A DNA stretch of 63,511 bases, the filler included, from Octopus bimaculoides (taxonomy: Eukaryota): NCBI RefSeq assembly GCF_001194135.2. It is 3 parts of 3 records of this genome, joined end to end, with 100 filler letters (N's around TTAATTAATTAA, not from the genome) between each part and the next. Parts side by side here need not be neighbours in the genome. Positions count along the whole stretch, not along the records: positions 1 to 23,846 come from NC_068985.1; 2 more parts are not named here. One strand, given 5' to 3'. The translations under genes and the position numbers were made by a program. How positions within the stretch are numbered: the first letter of the stretch is position 1; the number at the start of each line of letters is the position of its first letter. Under the pieces are notes generated by a model, which was not told the origin of the DNA, made no database searches, and was given only the letters and a program-made list of their open reading frames with translations. Below, piece after piece: positions 1-12,181 of this stretch.

Positions 1-487
1 TATATATATACATATATATATAGATATATATACATATATATATAGATATATATATATATAGATATATGCATATATGTATATACATGAATATATAAACACA
101 CACACACACACACACGCGCACACACATATACAAATGCTTATATATATCAGGTTTTGTGTATAAACTATGCAAATAATTTATTATATCAATGATATAAAGT
201 GTGAGTGTTATATTTGATCTTTCTTCTTAAATACACTTAATGGGCTTTTCAACCTTGGATTAAAGATTCAAATTAAACTGATGAAAAACCTATGTATATA
301 CACCCGTACATACATTTTGTCATTTTGTGTACACACATCCATCCATCTGTCCATACAAATATACATACATATGCATGCAGATGAACCTGTTTGTAACAGT
401 AGATATAATTATAATCATGTTTATATTTACATATGTATACAGATATATAAGCGTGCACATAAGTATTCATAATATATTCATGCATAA

Positions 488-536
<49 letters not shown>

Positions 537-910
537 AATAAATATACACTGCCATTATTTCCCTTTTATTTATGCTCATGTTTCCAATGTGCTCTTCTCT
601 CCTTTTCAAAGCTGCAATTTATATGGCAACTTAAAGAATAACGATTTAAAATAAATATCAAGGCAGCCATGATGAATTATGCTATGCTATTTGGTTTGGT
701 TTTCTGCCATCACCCACCCACCATTTAATCTGACTTCTCTGATCTATTTTATCTTTCTGTTTTGATTGATTAGTATGTAGAATCAGCTTTTAATATATGT
801 TTGATGGGATATATGTTTCATATTTGAGGATATTTGTTCAAATATTCTTTTGTTTTTATTTTCCTTTGGATACTTTATGTCTGCAAGTGTGCGTATGTGC
901 CTACGTTTGA

Positions 911-941
<31 letters not shown>

Positions 942-1093
942 TATGTTTGTGTATGTGATTTCTTTATTTTAGGTCTCATCTGGTGGTTATCCATTTGAAG
1001 TCTACCTTGTGCCAATATGTCTGTCTCTACTCTGCCATAAGCATTTTCTTTGCTCATGCTGATTACCAGATGCTTAATCATCTTGGTAGCAGT

Positions 1094-1198
<105 letters not shown>

Positions 1199-1929
1199 AG
1201 CAGAGTTTGTGAATATAAATAGAGAGAATATTTATATGCTATCAACCTGTTAGAAAGAGCAGCTATATCTCCTTAATTTACATATCACTGTCTTACAATA
1301 GTAAAAGATATTTTCTAATATATTCTGAGATACTTGATATCTCAAAATAAGATAGAATTGCCATGACTGGAAGGCCTTTGATCACAACAATCCTTCTCAT
1401 TCAAGTGCAACCAGGGACTAAACCACAAACTTAGACACATACACAGTAATTAAGTTACAATGGCTATGAGATTTTTATGTTCTTGACTACTGTTCATAGA
1501 TTCTAATTTTGATATCAGTCTACTATTTTAGTCTCAGACCACTATATTTTCAGATCGTACTACTGTTCTGTGCTCCCAAACAAACTAATTTACTCAGCTT
1601 GTTTTTGTTTCACCTGACTCACAAAACAGTTTCTAATCCTGCAACAGAGTTGAGTATTTAAAGTTAGAAACATTTAAAATCTGAACCACATGTCACTAAT
1701 ATCTAACAGTTTCCTTAGATTCAAGTTTTCCAAAGATCATCACTAATTTTTGTGCCCAACTTCTTTATATGCCAAGCCTACAATTATTGGTAATCATGGA
1801 CCCCACAGATTATAGTTTTCCAAAGACCATCATTAGTTTTCTTGTGCCCAATGTACCAAGCCTACAGCTATTGATAATCATAGACTCCATAGTATCCTGC
1901 TCCAACATACTGAGCTATGTGTTGGACAT

Positions 1930-2080
1930 TAAGAATATTCTCCATCTAACTTTCTCAACCACACCTTTCTTTCACTTCCTTGGTTGTCACCAGGTGCTCA
2001 AGGCATTTTCATCTCATATGGCATCATAGTAAACTGAGCCTGTTGTCGCCTCACATTACTGAGACACTTTCTAATAGTCT
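1930..2080 (-). mobile_element. RTE-like LINE 3' remnant
   Basis: HMR*KCLEHLVTTKEVKERCG resembles the RTE C-terminal GHVMR...LEHLVTTGK.EG.R.RGR. Confidence 0.45.
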
Positions 2081-3157
2081 TTTCTTGTAGTGTAGCTGCT
2101 GAGTTGGGGCAGTCCACTCCAGGTAACAATTTTATCAGAGCAACTCTTTTGGGTCTGCTATATAAACTTGTATAGGTTTTATTTGGTGGAGGGCCCTTGT
2201 GAGGTAGGTTGACAAATACATGGTCTGCTTAGGTGGCATAACACTCTAGCTACACAGCTGGTCTTTGCTTATCTATGGACTTTGATATTTGTGACTATAT
2301 CTGTGTAGGACATCTTCAGCCTTTTATTTAAAGAAAAATATTTCTGCAGTATTGGTAGTCTTTTACACTTGTTTGTTGATGTTCCAGCTCACACAACCAT
2401 ATGTAATAATGAGTTCTACATATTTTTCAAAGGCACTTTTCCTCATTCTAACTGAATCTTCACACTTTATGTAATATACACACCCTACCAATTTCAGTAA
2501 GGTAAAAACACCTTGGATAGGCAATGTTGTTCCAATTGTAGCTCATCTTCAAAAGAACTGAATTGTTACTGAACCACAAGAACTATCTACTATGGCCCCA
2601 GGCAGACCAAAGCTATGTGGGTGAATTTGGTAAATGAAAGCTGAACTCTTCGAAACGCCGGTGTTAAAATGGGGGTAGCTGATGAAGGAAAATGTTCTTT
2701 ATGTGGCTTGTGTGTTTTCTATACTCTGGTTATTATTATTTTCTTGTCTACGTTTTGTTTGCAATGTCCTGTACCCAGATATGCACCTATATATACAGGT
2801 AGACGTAGGTATGCACANNNNNNNNNNNNNNNNNNNNNNNNNNNNNNNNNNNNNNNNNNNNNNNNNNNNNNNNNNNNNNNNNNNNNNNNNNNNNNNNNNN
2901 NNNNNNNNNNNNNNNNNNNNNNNNNNNNNNNNNNNNNNNNNNNNNNNNNNNNNNNNNNNNNNNNNNNNNNNNNNNNNNNNNNNNNNNNNNNNNNNNNNNN
3001 NNNNNNNNNNNNNNNNNNNNNNNNNNNNNNNNNNNNNNNNNNNNNNNNNNNNNNNNNNNNNNNNNNNNNNNNNNNNNNNNNNNNNNNNNNNNNNNNNNNN
3101 NNNNNNNNNNNNNNNNNNNNNNNNNNNNNNNNNNNNNNNNNNNNNNNNNNNNNNNNN

Positions 3158-3193
<36 letters not shown>

Positions 3194-3778
3194 TATACAT
3201 ATTATTGAGATGTACTTGCATTGCAAGTATTTTAATCTGAGAATGTATTTTGAAACTAAAGCAATTGCAACACAGAACACATAGGTTGGCCATTTAAAAT
3301 ATACACAAAGGCTGTTAACTGCACATAAGCACTTACTTGTAAAATTGTGTCAGAATTTTTGTTGCTCAGAACTGCAACCTGTTCATAGGGTGCTGCGTAT
3401 ATAAATATATGTATATACATATTCATGTATGTGTGTTTTTGTGTGCTGACTTGTTTATGTCCCTGTAACTTAGCAGTTCAGCAAAAGAAACTGATAGGAT
3501 AAGTACCAGGATTTATATTTTACCTGAGTGGACCCTCATAATCAGTTGGTGGTTAAAAAATCCTATTACATTTTCTGAATTATATATTATTAAGAATTGT
3601 ATAAAAATAATTATCAAAACATTTTGTGTGTTGTAGAAGTCTAACGAATTTATTGCAGATAAACTTTAACAACAAAATCTTATATGGACCTCCAAGGGCC
3701 ATATGGACCCTAATTGAGAACCGTTGGACTAAATCCTTCAAGGTTGTACCCCAACATGGTCGCAGTTCAATGACTGAA

Positions 3779-4167
3779 GGTTGGTTGGCACTCCGTCGGT
3801 TATGATGATGAGGGTTCCAGTTGATCCGATCAACGGAACAGCCTGCTCATGAAATTAACGTGCAAGTGGCTGAGCACTCCACAGACATGTGTACCTTTAA
3901 CGTAGTTCTTGGGGGAGATTCAGCGTGACACAGACTGTGACAAGGCTGGCCCTTTGAAATACAGGTACAATGGAAACGGGAAGATAGAGTGAGAGAAAGT
4001 TGTGGTTAAAGTGTACAGCAGGGTTCGCCACAATCCCCTACCGGAGCCTCGTTGAGCTTTAGGTGTTTTTGCTCAATAAACACTCACAACGCCTGGTCTG
4101 GGAATCGAAACTGTGATCCTACGACCGCGTGTCCACTGCCCTAACCACTGGGCTATTGCACCTCCAC
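3779..4167 (-). mobile_element. SINE family 3 copy nested in a family 2 tail
   Basis: 12-bp TSD tcaatgactgaa at 3767-3778 and 4168-4179. Confidence 0.85.
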
Positions 4168-4799
4168 TCAATGACTGAAACAAGTAAAAGAAAAGACAGA
4201 AATAAGCCCTTCTAAAAGCACAAGGCCTGAAATTTCAGTAGGAAGTGGTAAGTCGATTACATCGACCCCAGGGCTCAACTGGTACTAATTTTATCAATTC
4301 CAAAAGGGTGAAAGGGAAAGTCAACCTTGGCAGAATTTGAACTCAGAACATAATGACGGACAAAATGTCACTAAGTATTTTGCACTGCATACTAACAATT
4401 CAGCCAGCTTGCTGCTGTAGGAAAGATAGAAATAATAATAAACACAATCTTATTACTTCCTCAAAACAAAGCCCTACCCACCTTGACTTTTGGTCTTCAG
4501 TGTGGCACACCAACATATACATATATATATGTGTGTGTGTGTGTGTGCGTGTGTATGTGTACTCATACATGTATTCAATTCTTTTACTAACATCTTTGAC
4601 TACTGAAATTAATGTCAATTCTGACAAAAAGAAGCAAAAACGGTAACATTTAAAAAAATAAATAACTAAAAATGTGACAAACAGACAACAACAAAAAATT
4701 TCATTCTCTTTTACATAGAAGAATTCTTATGGAACTTTTGATACCTTGTTGTTTCAAAATAATTTCTTTTTGTATCTTATATAATTTATTTTATTTACA

Positions 4800-4838
<39 letters not shown>

Positions 4839-5292
4839 TAATGGTTTTGTCCTGTGTATTTTTTTGAGGGGTTGTGGTGGTTGGTAGGAGGTAGCAGTGC
4901 TAGTTTTTTTTTTTAGTTTTTTTTGTTGATGGAAGAGGGGTTACTTTGTGTTTTTTTGTTTCATTTTGTTTTATTTCCATTTCATTTTCTTTTCTTTTAT
5001 TTTTTTTATATATATATATTTTTGTAAATTTTGATTAAAGGAAATCTAAGGGCTGACATAAACCAAGCAAAAGATACTAATTGTATCGGCTGTTCGCCAA
5101 TTTGCAAATGACACAACCATCTGTAATTTTTACCAACAAATGCTTGTGACATCTTATTTCCTACTTGGATGCTCTTGCTTAATTATTAAATTAAATAAAT
5201 AAACAAACTGAAAATGAAAGCGAGAGAGACAGAGATAAAGAGAGAAAATAAACAAATTAGTGTGTGTATACATACATACATACATACATACT

Positions 5293-5330
<38 letters not shown>

Positions 5331-6140
5331 TATATATATATGTACATGTGTGTGTGTGCGTATGTGTATGTGTGTGTGTGTGTGTGTGATGCCAATCAGT
5401 AATCACAGGTTTGTTTCATGTTTATTTTGTTTCTCAGTATGTGTTGTTTCATAAGAACTGCTGTCCAAATTATTATTAAGATATTTTCTGAAAAACGAAC
5501 AACATTAAATGTGAAATTATTCAGTTGCAGATTATGATAATAAATGCCAAAATGTCAGTATTAGTAAGCTGCAGCAGCAGTAGTAGTGTTACTGTTGTTG
5601 TTGTTGTCGTCATTGTATTTATAGAATCATTAGTGCTTCAGATAAAAAATATCTTGCAATATTTGTTCTGGCTCTTTTACATTCTGTGTTCAAATCCCGC
5701 CAGAGTCAGCTTTGCCATGGTATTGACAAACCGCCCCCACCCCACCACCATCTCTTATATTTCCCGGTCTTTTGCTTAATTCAGAAAGAACTATTTGACC
5801 TTATAATGTCCCTGACGCAAACGTAAGAAGTCTTCACTATCATCATTTCTTCTTCTTATTATTATTATCATCATTATCATCATCATCATCAAGGTAGCGA
5901 GCTGGCAGAATTGTTAGCACACTGGGTGATATGCTTAGTAGCATTTTGCCCATTGCTATATTCTGAGTTCAAATTCCGCCGAAGTTGGCTTTGCTTTTCA
6001 TCCTTTCAGGGTCGATAAATTTACGTACCAGTGTAATGCTGTGTTTGATGTAATCGACTAGTCCCCTCACCCCAAATTTCAAGCCTTGTGCCTTTAATAG
6101 AAAGGATTATTATTATTATTGCCACTATTATTATTATTAT

Positions 6141-6935
6141 TGAGTGAGAGAGCAGGGCATGCCATCAAAGTGACACTGGGGTAAAATATACGAAGCCCAT
6201 TATACCCATCATGACTACCCGTCTGATAAGGTTACACCAGACACATGCATCACAACCATATGTGCACAACATAGTGGTCTCATATCAAGATAAACAGTTT
6301 CTATTGTTATTCTGTATGTTGGCATAGCTTCCAGTGTATATAGGTCCCAACTCTGTCGTGTCTGTGAATATATTCCTTCTTAGCCAGGATTGGGCAACCA
6401 GAGACAGTATCATTTATTGTTTCTTCTCCATCTCCACATATTCTGCAGTTACTTGTTCTATTTCTTTCCATTACATGTTTTTGGTAATTTCTGGTGGAAA
6501 GGCTTTGATCTTGTGCTGCAATTAAAAATCCTTCAGTCTCTGCTTTCAGTCCTGAGCGTCTCAGCCATTGTTGCGATTTTGCTTTGTCTCTTTCCTGTTT
6601 AGTTTAACCCAGTATTAGCCATGAAGTGGCTTTTCTTGTTATCATTTTATCATGATCCGTTGCTGTTCCAGTTGTAGTTTGGATTTCAGTTGTTTTACAG
6701 CTTTTGTTGTTTCTTCTTTTTCTTCATAATTGTTAGGTACTATGACTTCTTTTTTGCATTTGTCAGCTTCCTTAAAGACTGAAAACAGTTTTTAGTTTTG
6801 TTCCTGTGTTGTGGCTATTTGTATTAGTTTTCATTGCTTCTGAAGTAGGTATTTCTGTAGTCCTATGGTGTTTATTTTGTAATAGTTCTCTAGCTGTATA
6901 AGACCCCCTACCACCTTCGATATGTTGTATATATA
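6141..6935 (-). mobile_element. R4/Dong-like non-LTR retrotransposon, subfamily B fragment (post-RT region, zinc knuckle, putative 3' end on (AAT)n)
   Basis: EGGRGSIQLENYYK...WLRRSGLKAETEGFLIAAQDQSLSTRNYQK...CRICGDGEETINDTVSGCPILAKKEYIHRHD; ends against the (ATT)n tract at ~6107-6140. Confidence 0.8.
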
Positions 6936-6943
6936 AGCTTTCT

Positions 6944-9090
6944 ATGGCAAGAACCTTCTTAAGTGTGCTAGCTGTCGCTAATAATGCTTTTTTCTGGAGC
7001 TGTGCTAAACTGGGCTATATGCCTATTTCCTCAATTTATCTTTTCAAATCTTTAGGAATAGTTCCTAATGCACCTATAACTACAGAGATACAGTTTACTT
7101 ACATTTTCCATAGCCTCTGTAATTCAATGGCTATGTTCATCTACTTTGTCATTTTCTCTCTACCTCTATATTGACTTTCTCATTGTTTAACACTGTAAAG
7201 TTAATTACCTGGCACTTTTTATCTGCTACTACTGCTACTAAATCAGGCCTTCTAACTCCTATTACTCTGTCTGAATGTTCAAATCCCACAGCATCTTATA
7301 TTTCTTACTTTCTAGCACTTTACTAGGTTCATGTTCATACCACTTATCGGTATGATCAGATCCTAGCTTTCTACATAACTTCCTGTGGATTATCCTCCCT
7401 AGATTGTCATGTCTTTTCTTGTATTCTTTCTGTGCTAGCATATTACAGTTTGTATTAAAGAATCAGTCTCTTTTTATTTTTACTTAAAAGCTTCAGGTCA
7501 TCCATGTAGAGCAAATGGGTAATTTTCCTATACAATCTCTAAACTGAGACCCTGCCTTTGCCTTTCTTAACACTAAACTGATGAGGATTAAGCATAACAC
7601 AAATATTGAAGAAGATAATGAGTCTCCCTAGAAAATTCCTCTCATGATATTAATTTTCCCTAAGGCTGTATCATTTGAATAAAGATCTACTTTCCATTTC
7701 TTCAGACTATAGCTAATTAACTTTCTTATGTTGCCTGCAATACTGAATGTTCTCAAACATTCACTTATCCATGAGTGTGGTATCATGTCATAGACTTTCT
7801 TATAATCTACCTGTGCTGTTGTTGATTTTTTATTTGTAGCTTTCACTTCATTTATACCTACTTTGTGTATAATGGATCATGTGTTTTTCTAGCCTTCTGT
7901 TCTTTCTGGTAGTAAATCCTCATATATGCTTTCAGAGAGCATTCTTGTTAATAGCTTCCATACTAATTGTATGAAAGTGATTGGTCTATAATTACTAACT
8001 ACATTACCCTTGCCTTTGTCTTTCTCTATGAGCAGAGCTCTTCCTCTAGTCATCCAATTAGGTATGACTCATCCATTCAGGCGATCTTGAAGTTGTTCCC
8101 TCATTCTCCCATATAAGTTACTAAATTTCTTTAACCAATACCCTTGAACTAAATCTGGTCCTGGGCCCTTCTAATTCAGAAGTTCTTTCAAGCATTCTAC
8201 ATATTAATGCACTAGTTAGTTTTAGATCTGGCTGATTCTCACTGACTGTTTCTTCCCTAACTTTCTTTAAACATGTTGCATCTCCATTATGCTTAACTAG
8301 CTTATCCCAAATATCACTCCAGAATTTTCTAGCTTTTTCTGCATTAGGCTTGTCATCTTCAGTCGCTTCTTCTACACTATCTATTAGGTAAAATTTCCTC
8401 TGGTCTATCTCAAGCAATTTGTTCTGTTGATATTGATCTTTTCTCATATTTGGAAAACTTACCTGCTATTGTTATGTTATGTTGTTTCAGCTCTTCCATG
8501 ACTATCGCAAATCCTTTCTCTTTGACTACGTGTTTTTTTTTTCAAGAGAAGTTTTAAATCTAGTGTTTCCTAACTTGTCCTGTTTCTAGGCTTTTATTCT
8601 ACTCAAACCTTGTCTTGAAGTCTTCACTTTATCTTCTAATCTTCTTTTCCATATCTGCTCCTTCCTATTCTTTCTGTGGGGAATACCTAGTCTGCTAGTA
8701 CTACTACCTTTCTTGCATAAATCAGGCTAGTGGCCCATATATATTCACTATCCCTCCCACTGAAAGCAGAATCTACTTTCCTAGTAATATCCAGCAACTT
8801 CTTTCAGTTAACACCTTTTAATGCTGGTAATCTTTTTGTTTCTTCCTTACTCATTATTTTCTTCATCTCATCTAAAATCTTCTGATCTTCCTCTCATAAG
8901 TCACTGGTATCAGTTTTCTCATTCTGATAGGTAGTGCTATTATTTTTTCTTCTAGGCTCTTCTTTGGCTTGAACATCTTTCTTCCTGCTTCATCTTGGTT
9001 TGTGTTAATTGTTCTTCTTCTTGATCTTTCTTTTTTTATTTCTGTGTGATCTCTTCTGTCTCCAATTCTATCATTCACTTATTTCTCCTA
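6944..9090 (-). mobile_element. R4/Dong-like (RLE) non-LTR retrotransposon, subfamily A, decayed and internally deleted
   Basis: Fragments ARKFWSDIWDK, VDYKKVYDMIPHSWI, ITHLLYMDDLKL (YMDD at 7497-7508), LAQKEYKKRHDNLG, MLWDLNIQT, RRPDLV, GALGTIPK, LQKKALLATASTLKKVL. Confidence 0.85.
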
Positions 9091-9119
9091 ATAGCATATA
9101 TATATATGTATATATAAGC

Positions 9120-9550
9120 ATAGGCATGGCTGTGTGGTAAGGAGCTTGCTTCTCAACCACATGGTTCCAGGTTTAGTCCCACTGTGTGGCACCTTGAGCA
9201 AGTGTCTTCCACTATAGCCATGGGCTGACCAAAGCCTTGTGAGTGGATTTTATAGATGGAAATTGAAAGATGCCCACTGTGTGTGTGTGTGTATATATAT
9301 ATGTATGTAAGTATGTATGTATGTATATATTTACCTGTGTGCATCTTTGTGCCTATGTTTGTCTCCCCACCACTGCTTGACAACTGATGTTGGTACGTTT
9401 ACATCACCATCATTTTGCAGTTCAGTAAAAGAAATTGATAGAATAAATACTAGGCTTACAAAGAATAAATCCTGTGCCTGGTTTCTTTGACTGAAACCCT
9501 CTAAGGTGGTGCTCCAGCATGGTTGCAGTAAAATGACTGCAACAAGTAAA
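9120..9550 (+). mobile_element. SINE family 2 (tRNA-like head, internal (TG/TA)n, tail ...atgactgaaacaagtaaaaga)
   Basis: Related copies or fragments at ~14955-15350, 27300-27540, 44790-45110, 46280-46530, 47140-47520, 56500-56900, 60725-60945, 61250-61380, 61650-61815, 61915-62215, 62565-62850. Confidence 0.85.
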
Positions 9551-10070
9551 AGAATATGTAGGTATTCCAAGCCTTCAAAATGTCTACTGGTCAATAATCC
9601 ATAATCCCTGAGGCTAGCTATTAAATTTCATTACTGTTAGGCAAATGGCCTTGTTGAATACCTACAAAGATGTTAAGAGTGAATGAAATAAAAAAATAAT
9701 AGGTTGAGCAACCACATAAACTATTAGCTTGTAGTGTGGCAATAGATTTTATGATTGAACAATAACAACAAAAATGTTAAATAAAATAAAAAGAACCCAG
9801 AATTTCTAATATAAGGAATTACCATCATTATACACTTATATTTGGGTAGTGGATTAGCAGACTTGATAGAGTGCCAGAAAAATGCCTTACAGTATTTATT
9901 CCAGCACTTTACTTTCTGAATTTTTATTCTGCCATGGTCAATTATGCCTTTCATACTTCTGGGGTTTACAAATTCAAAAAAAAAAAAAAGCTGTTAAATA
10001 TTGAAGTTGATGTAATCAACTAACCCTCTTTCCTCAGAATTGCTGGTCTTGTACCTAAATTAGAAACATT

Positions 10071-10275
10071 ATGAGGGGGTGCTGAAAAGTTCCTGGCTTT
10101 GGTTAAAAGAAAATATTGGAGAGTCAGTTAATGATTTCTTTCAACACATTTCCCTCTCAGATTCATGCACTTATTGCAATGGTCCTTCAGTTTTACTAAG
10201 CCTGTAAAAGAACTTGGAAGGTTGGGCCTCCAGCCAGGTTTTTCGTGATAGCCTTAATGCCAGGAGCTTTTAAGA
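10071..10275. mobile_element. Mariner-like MITE fragment
   Basis: tgagggggtgctgaaaagttcctggct start (mariner-like TIR) with a partial inverted match gccaggagctttt at ~10257-10272. Confidence 0.5.
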
Positions 10276-10562
10276 AAACACTCATATTATACATTATTAT
10301 GAATTATTATACATTGATATATCGGTTTCAAATTTTAGCATTAGGCCTGTAAATTAGGGTAGGGGGTAAGTCAATTACATCAAACCCTGTGTTCAACTGA
10401 TATTTATTTTATTGACCCTGAAAGGATGAAATGCCAAGTTGGCCTCAGTAGAATTTGAACTCAAAGTCTAGAGACAAATGACATGCCACTGAGCCTTTTT
10501 CTCTGCACGCTAATGATTTTAAGAGCTCACTCTCTTATTATACATTAAGATATTACTAAGAG

Positions 10563-10750
10563 TAGTGTTATCATCTTGGTTGTTATAATCATAATGTTTC
10601 AGTTATTGTATTGTCCAGCCTTCTTCAGGTATCTGCCATATTCGGTAATGTTCTCACAAACAGAAACTGAAAAGAACAAGCACCTAAAAAATGCTAGAGG
10701 CTATAATGGTTGAAATATTGGGAACTATAACAACCAAGATGAGGACACTA
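10563..10750. mobile_element. Decayed inverted pair of hammerhead-bearing tails, related to the 53.2-53.5 kb element
   Basis: 10563-10587 vs 10726-10750 inverted, 23/25 identical; minus strand CTGAAGA-AGGCTG...GAAAC at 10628-10596; right arm ends aacaaccaagatgaggac like the 53.5 kb tail. Confidence 0.55.
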
Positions 10751-11403
10751 GACTGATTATACAAATGGAGAATAAGAAATGAAAGAGTTTGAGGTTTTTC
10801 ATTATCCTCTTTTTCTTTTTACTCCTGTTAAGCTCTGGGAAATAAAATTCTACAGCAAAAAAGAAACATACTTTTTTGAATTTTCTTTTATAGAACACAA
10901 CTGCTTCCTATGCATGGTTGTTGAAACTGCATCAAAATCTATCTTGATTATACCATGAAAAAGAAGATAGAAAACTCTTTATTTGAATTTGAATTGGCAA
11001 TTAAAATGGATGAATTTTCAAAAGTCTTTTAGATTTACCATTCTTCTCTTTGGGATTTTTTCCTCCTACCCTTTTTATTTAAATTATCTATTTATATTAT
11101 AAATTTCTGTGTTAGATTTTCTCCTTCAAATTCAGATTTTTTCTTTGATTTTGTTTATTTTTTTTTATTGATATTTTCATGCTTGTCTTCAGTCATCATC
11201 AATGCATATGCAGTTCTGCATTTAGGTGTGTATGTTGGATAGCATCCATTCTGTTTTATAAGGTTAATTCTACAACTTGGTATTTTTGGCATTTCTAAAA
11301 GATATTTTAGATTGTGAAGCATATTAGCATGAAAACAGTTGGATATCATATTAGAAATACCATCCCACATACTAACAAATTTATAGATACATAGATACAT
11401 AGA

Positions 11404-11497
<94 letters not shown>

Positions 11498-11819
11498 CAG
11501 ATACATTCATGTGTATATGTATATATATGTATGCCCATACACACATACTTACACATACGTATTCATCCAAACTATTCAAAAAATTCAACTATTTCAAAAA
11601 ATACCAGAAATCTAATTGTAGTCAAAAGAAAAAAAATCTGAATGCATGATTGTATTGATATTTAGAGATGCATATATACATATGTGTGTAGGTCTATATA
11701 CATATCAGGTATCTAGCTTTGCAAACATTTTCATGCATGCACACACCCATATATCTCATCAGTGGATCATATCTCCAAAAAAGAAGTGCACTCTAAAAGT
11801 TAGAGCAGTAATGTATTCA

Positions 11820-12181
11820 CATGAAGTTAAATATGTCTGGTCATAAAGTGACCAATGGTTTCACATCCATAAAACACTTAGCTTTATAGATGACTCGTCA
11901 GATGCCATTGGCCATGGGCATATAACCTCGGTTCAAACTGGAAGTAGAAAACCATTATGGTCAGTTAATTTGTAGACAAAAGAATAAAAGAATAATATTA
12001 TACAGTGTATATTATTCTATTGCTCAGAATGTAACTGACCATAACAGTTTTCTACCTCCAGTTTGAAGAGTCGTTATATGCCCATGACCATTGGAGTTTG
12101 ACAAGTCATCTATAAAGCTAAGTAATTCATGGATGTGAAACCATTGGTCTCTCTATGACTGGACATATATTTAACTTCATG
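11820..12181. repeat. Long inverted repeat (foldback): ~148-bp arms, 64-bp spacer
   Basis: 11820-11967 aligns to the reverse complement of 12032-12181 along its full length (roughly 80-85% by eye). Confidence 0.9.

Noticed and set aside
973-1086. Plus-strand exon candidate after tttctttattttag
   Set aside because: Good acceptor, but weak donor and no recognisable protein in any frame.
5077-5120. Minus-strand DGCVICKLANSRYN* as a last exon
   Set aside because: Weak polypyrimidine tract, no recognisable family and no linked exons.
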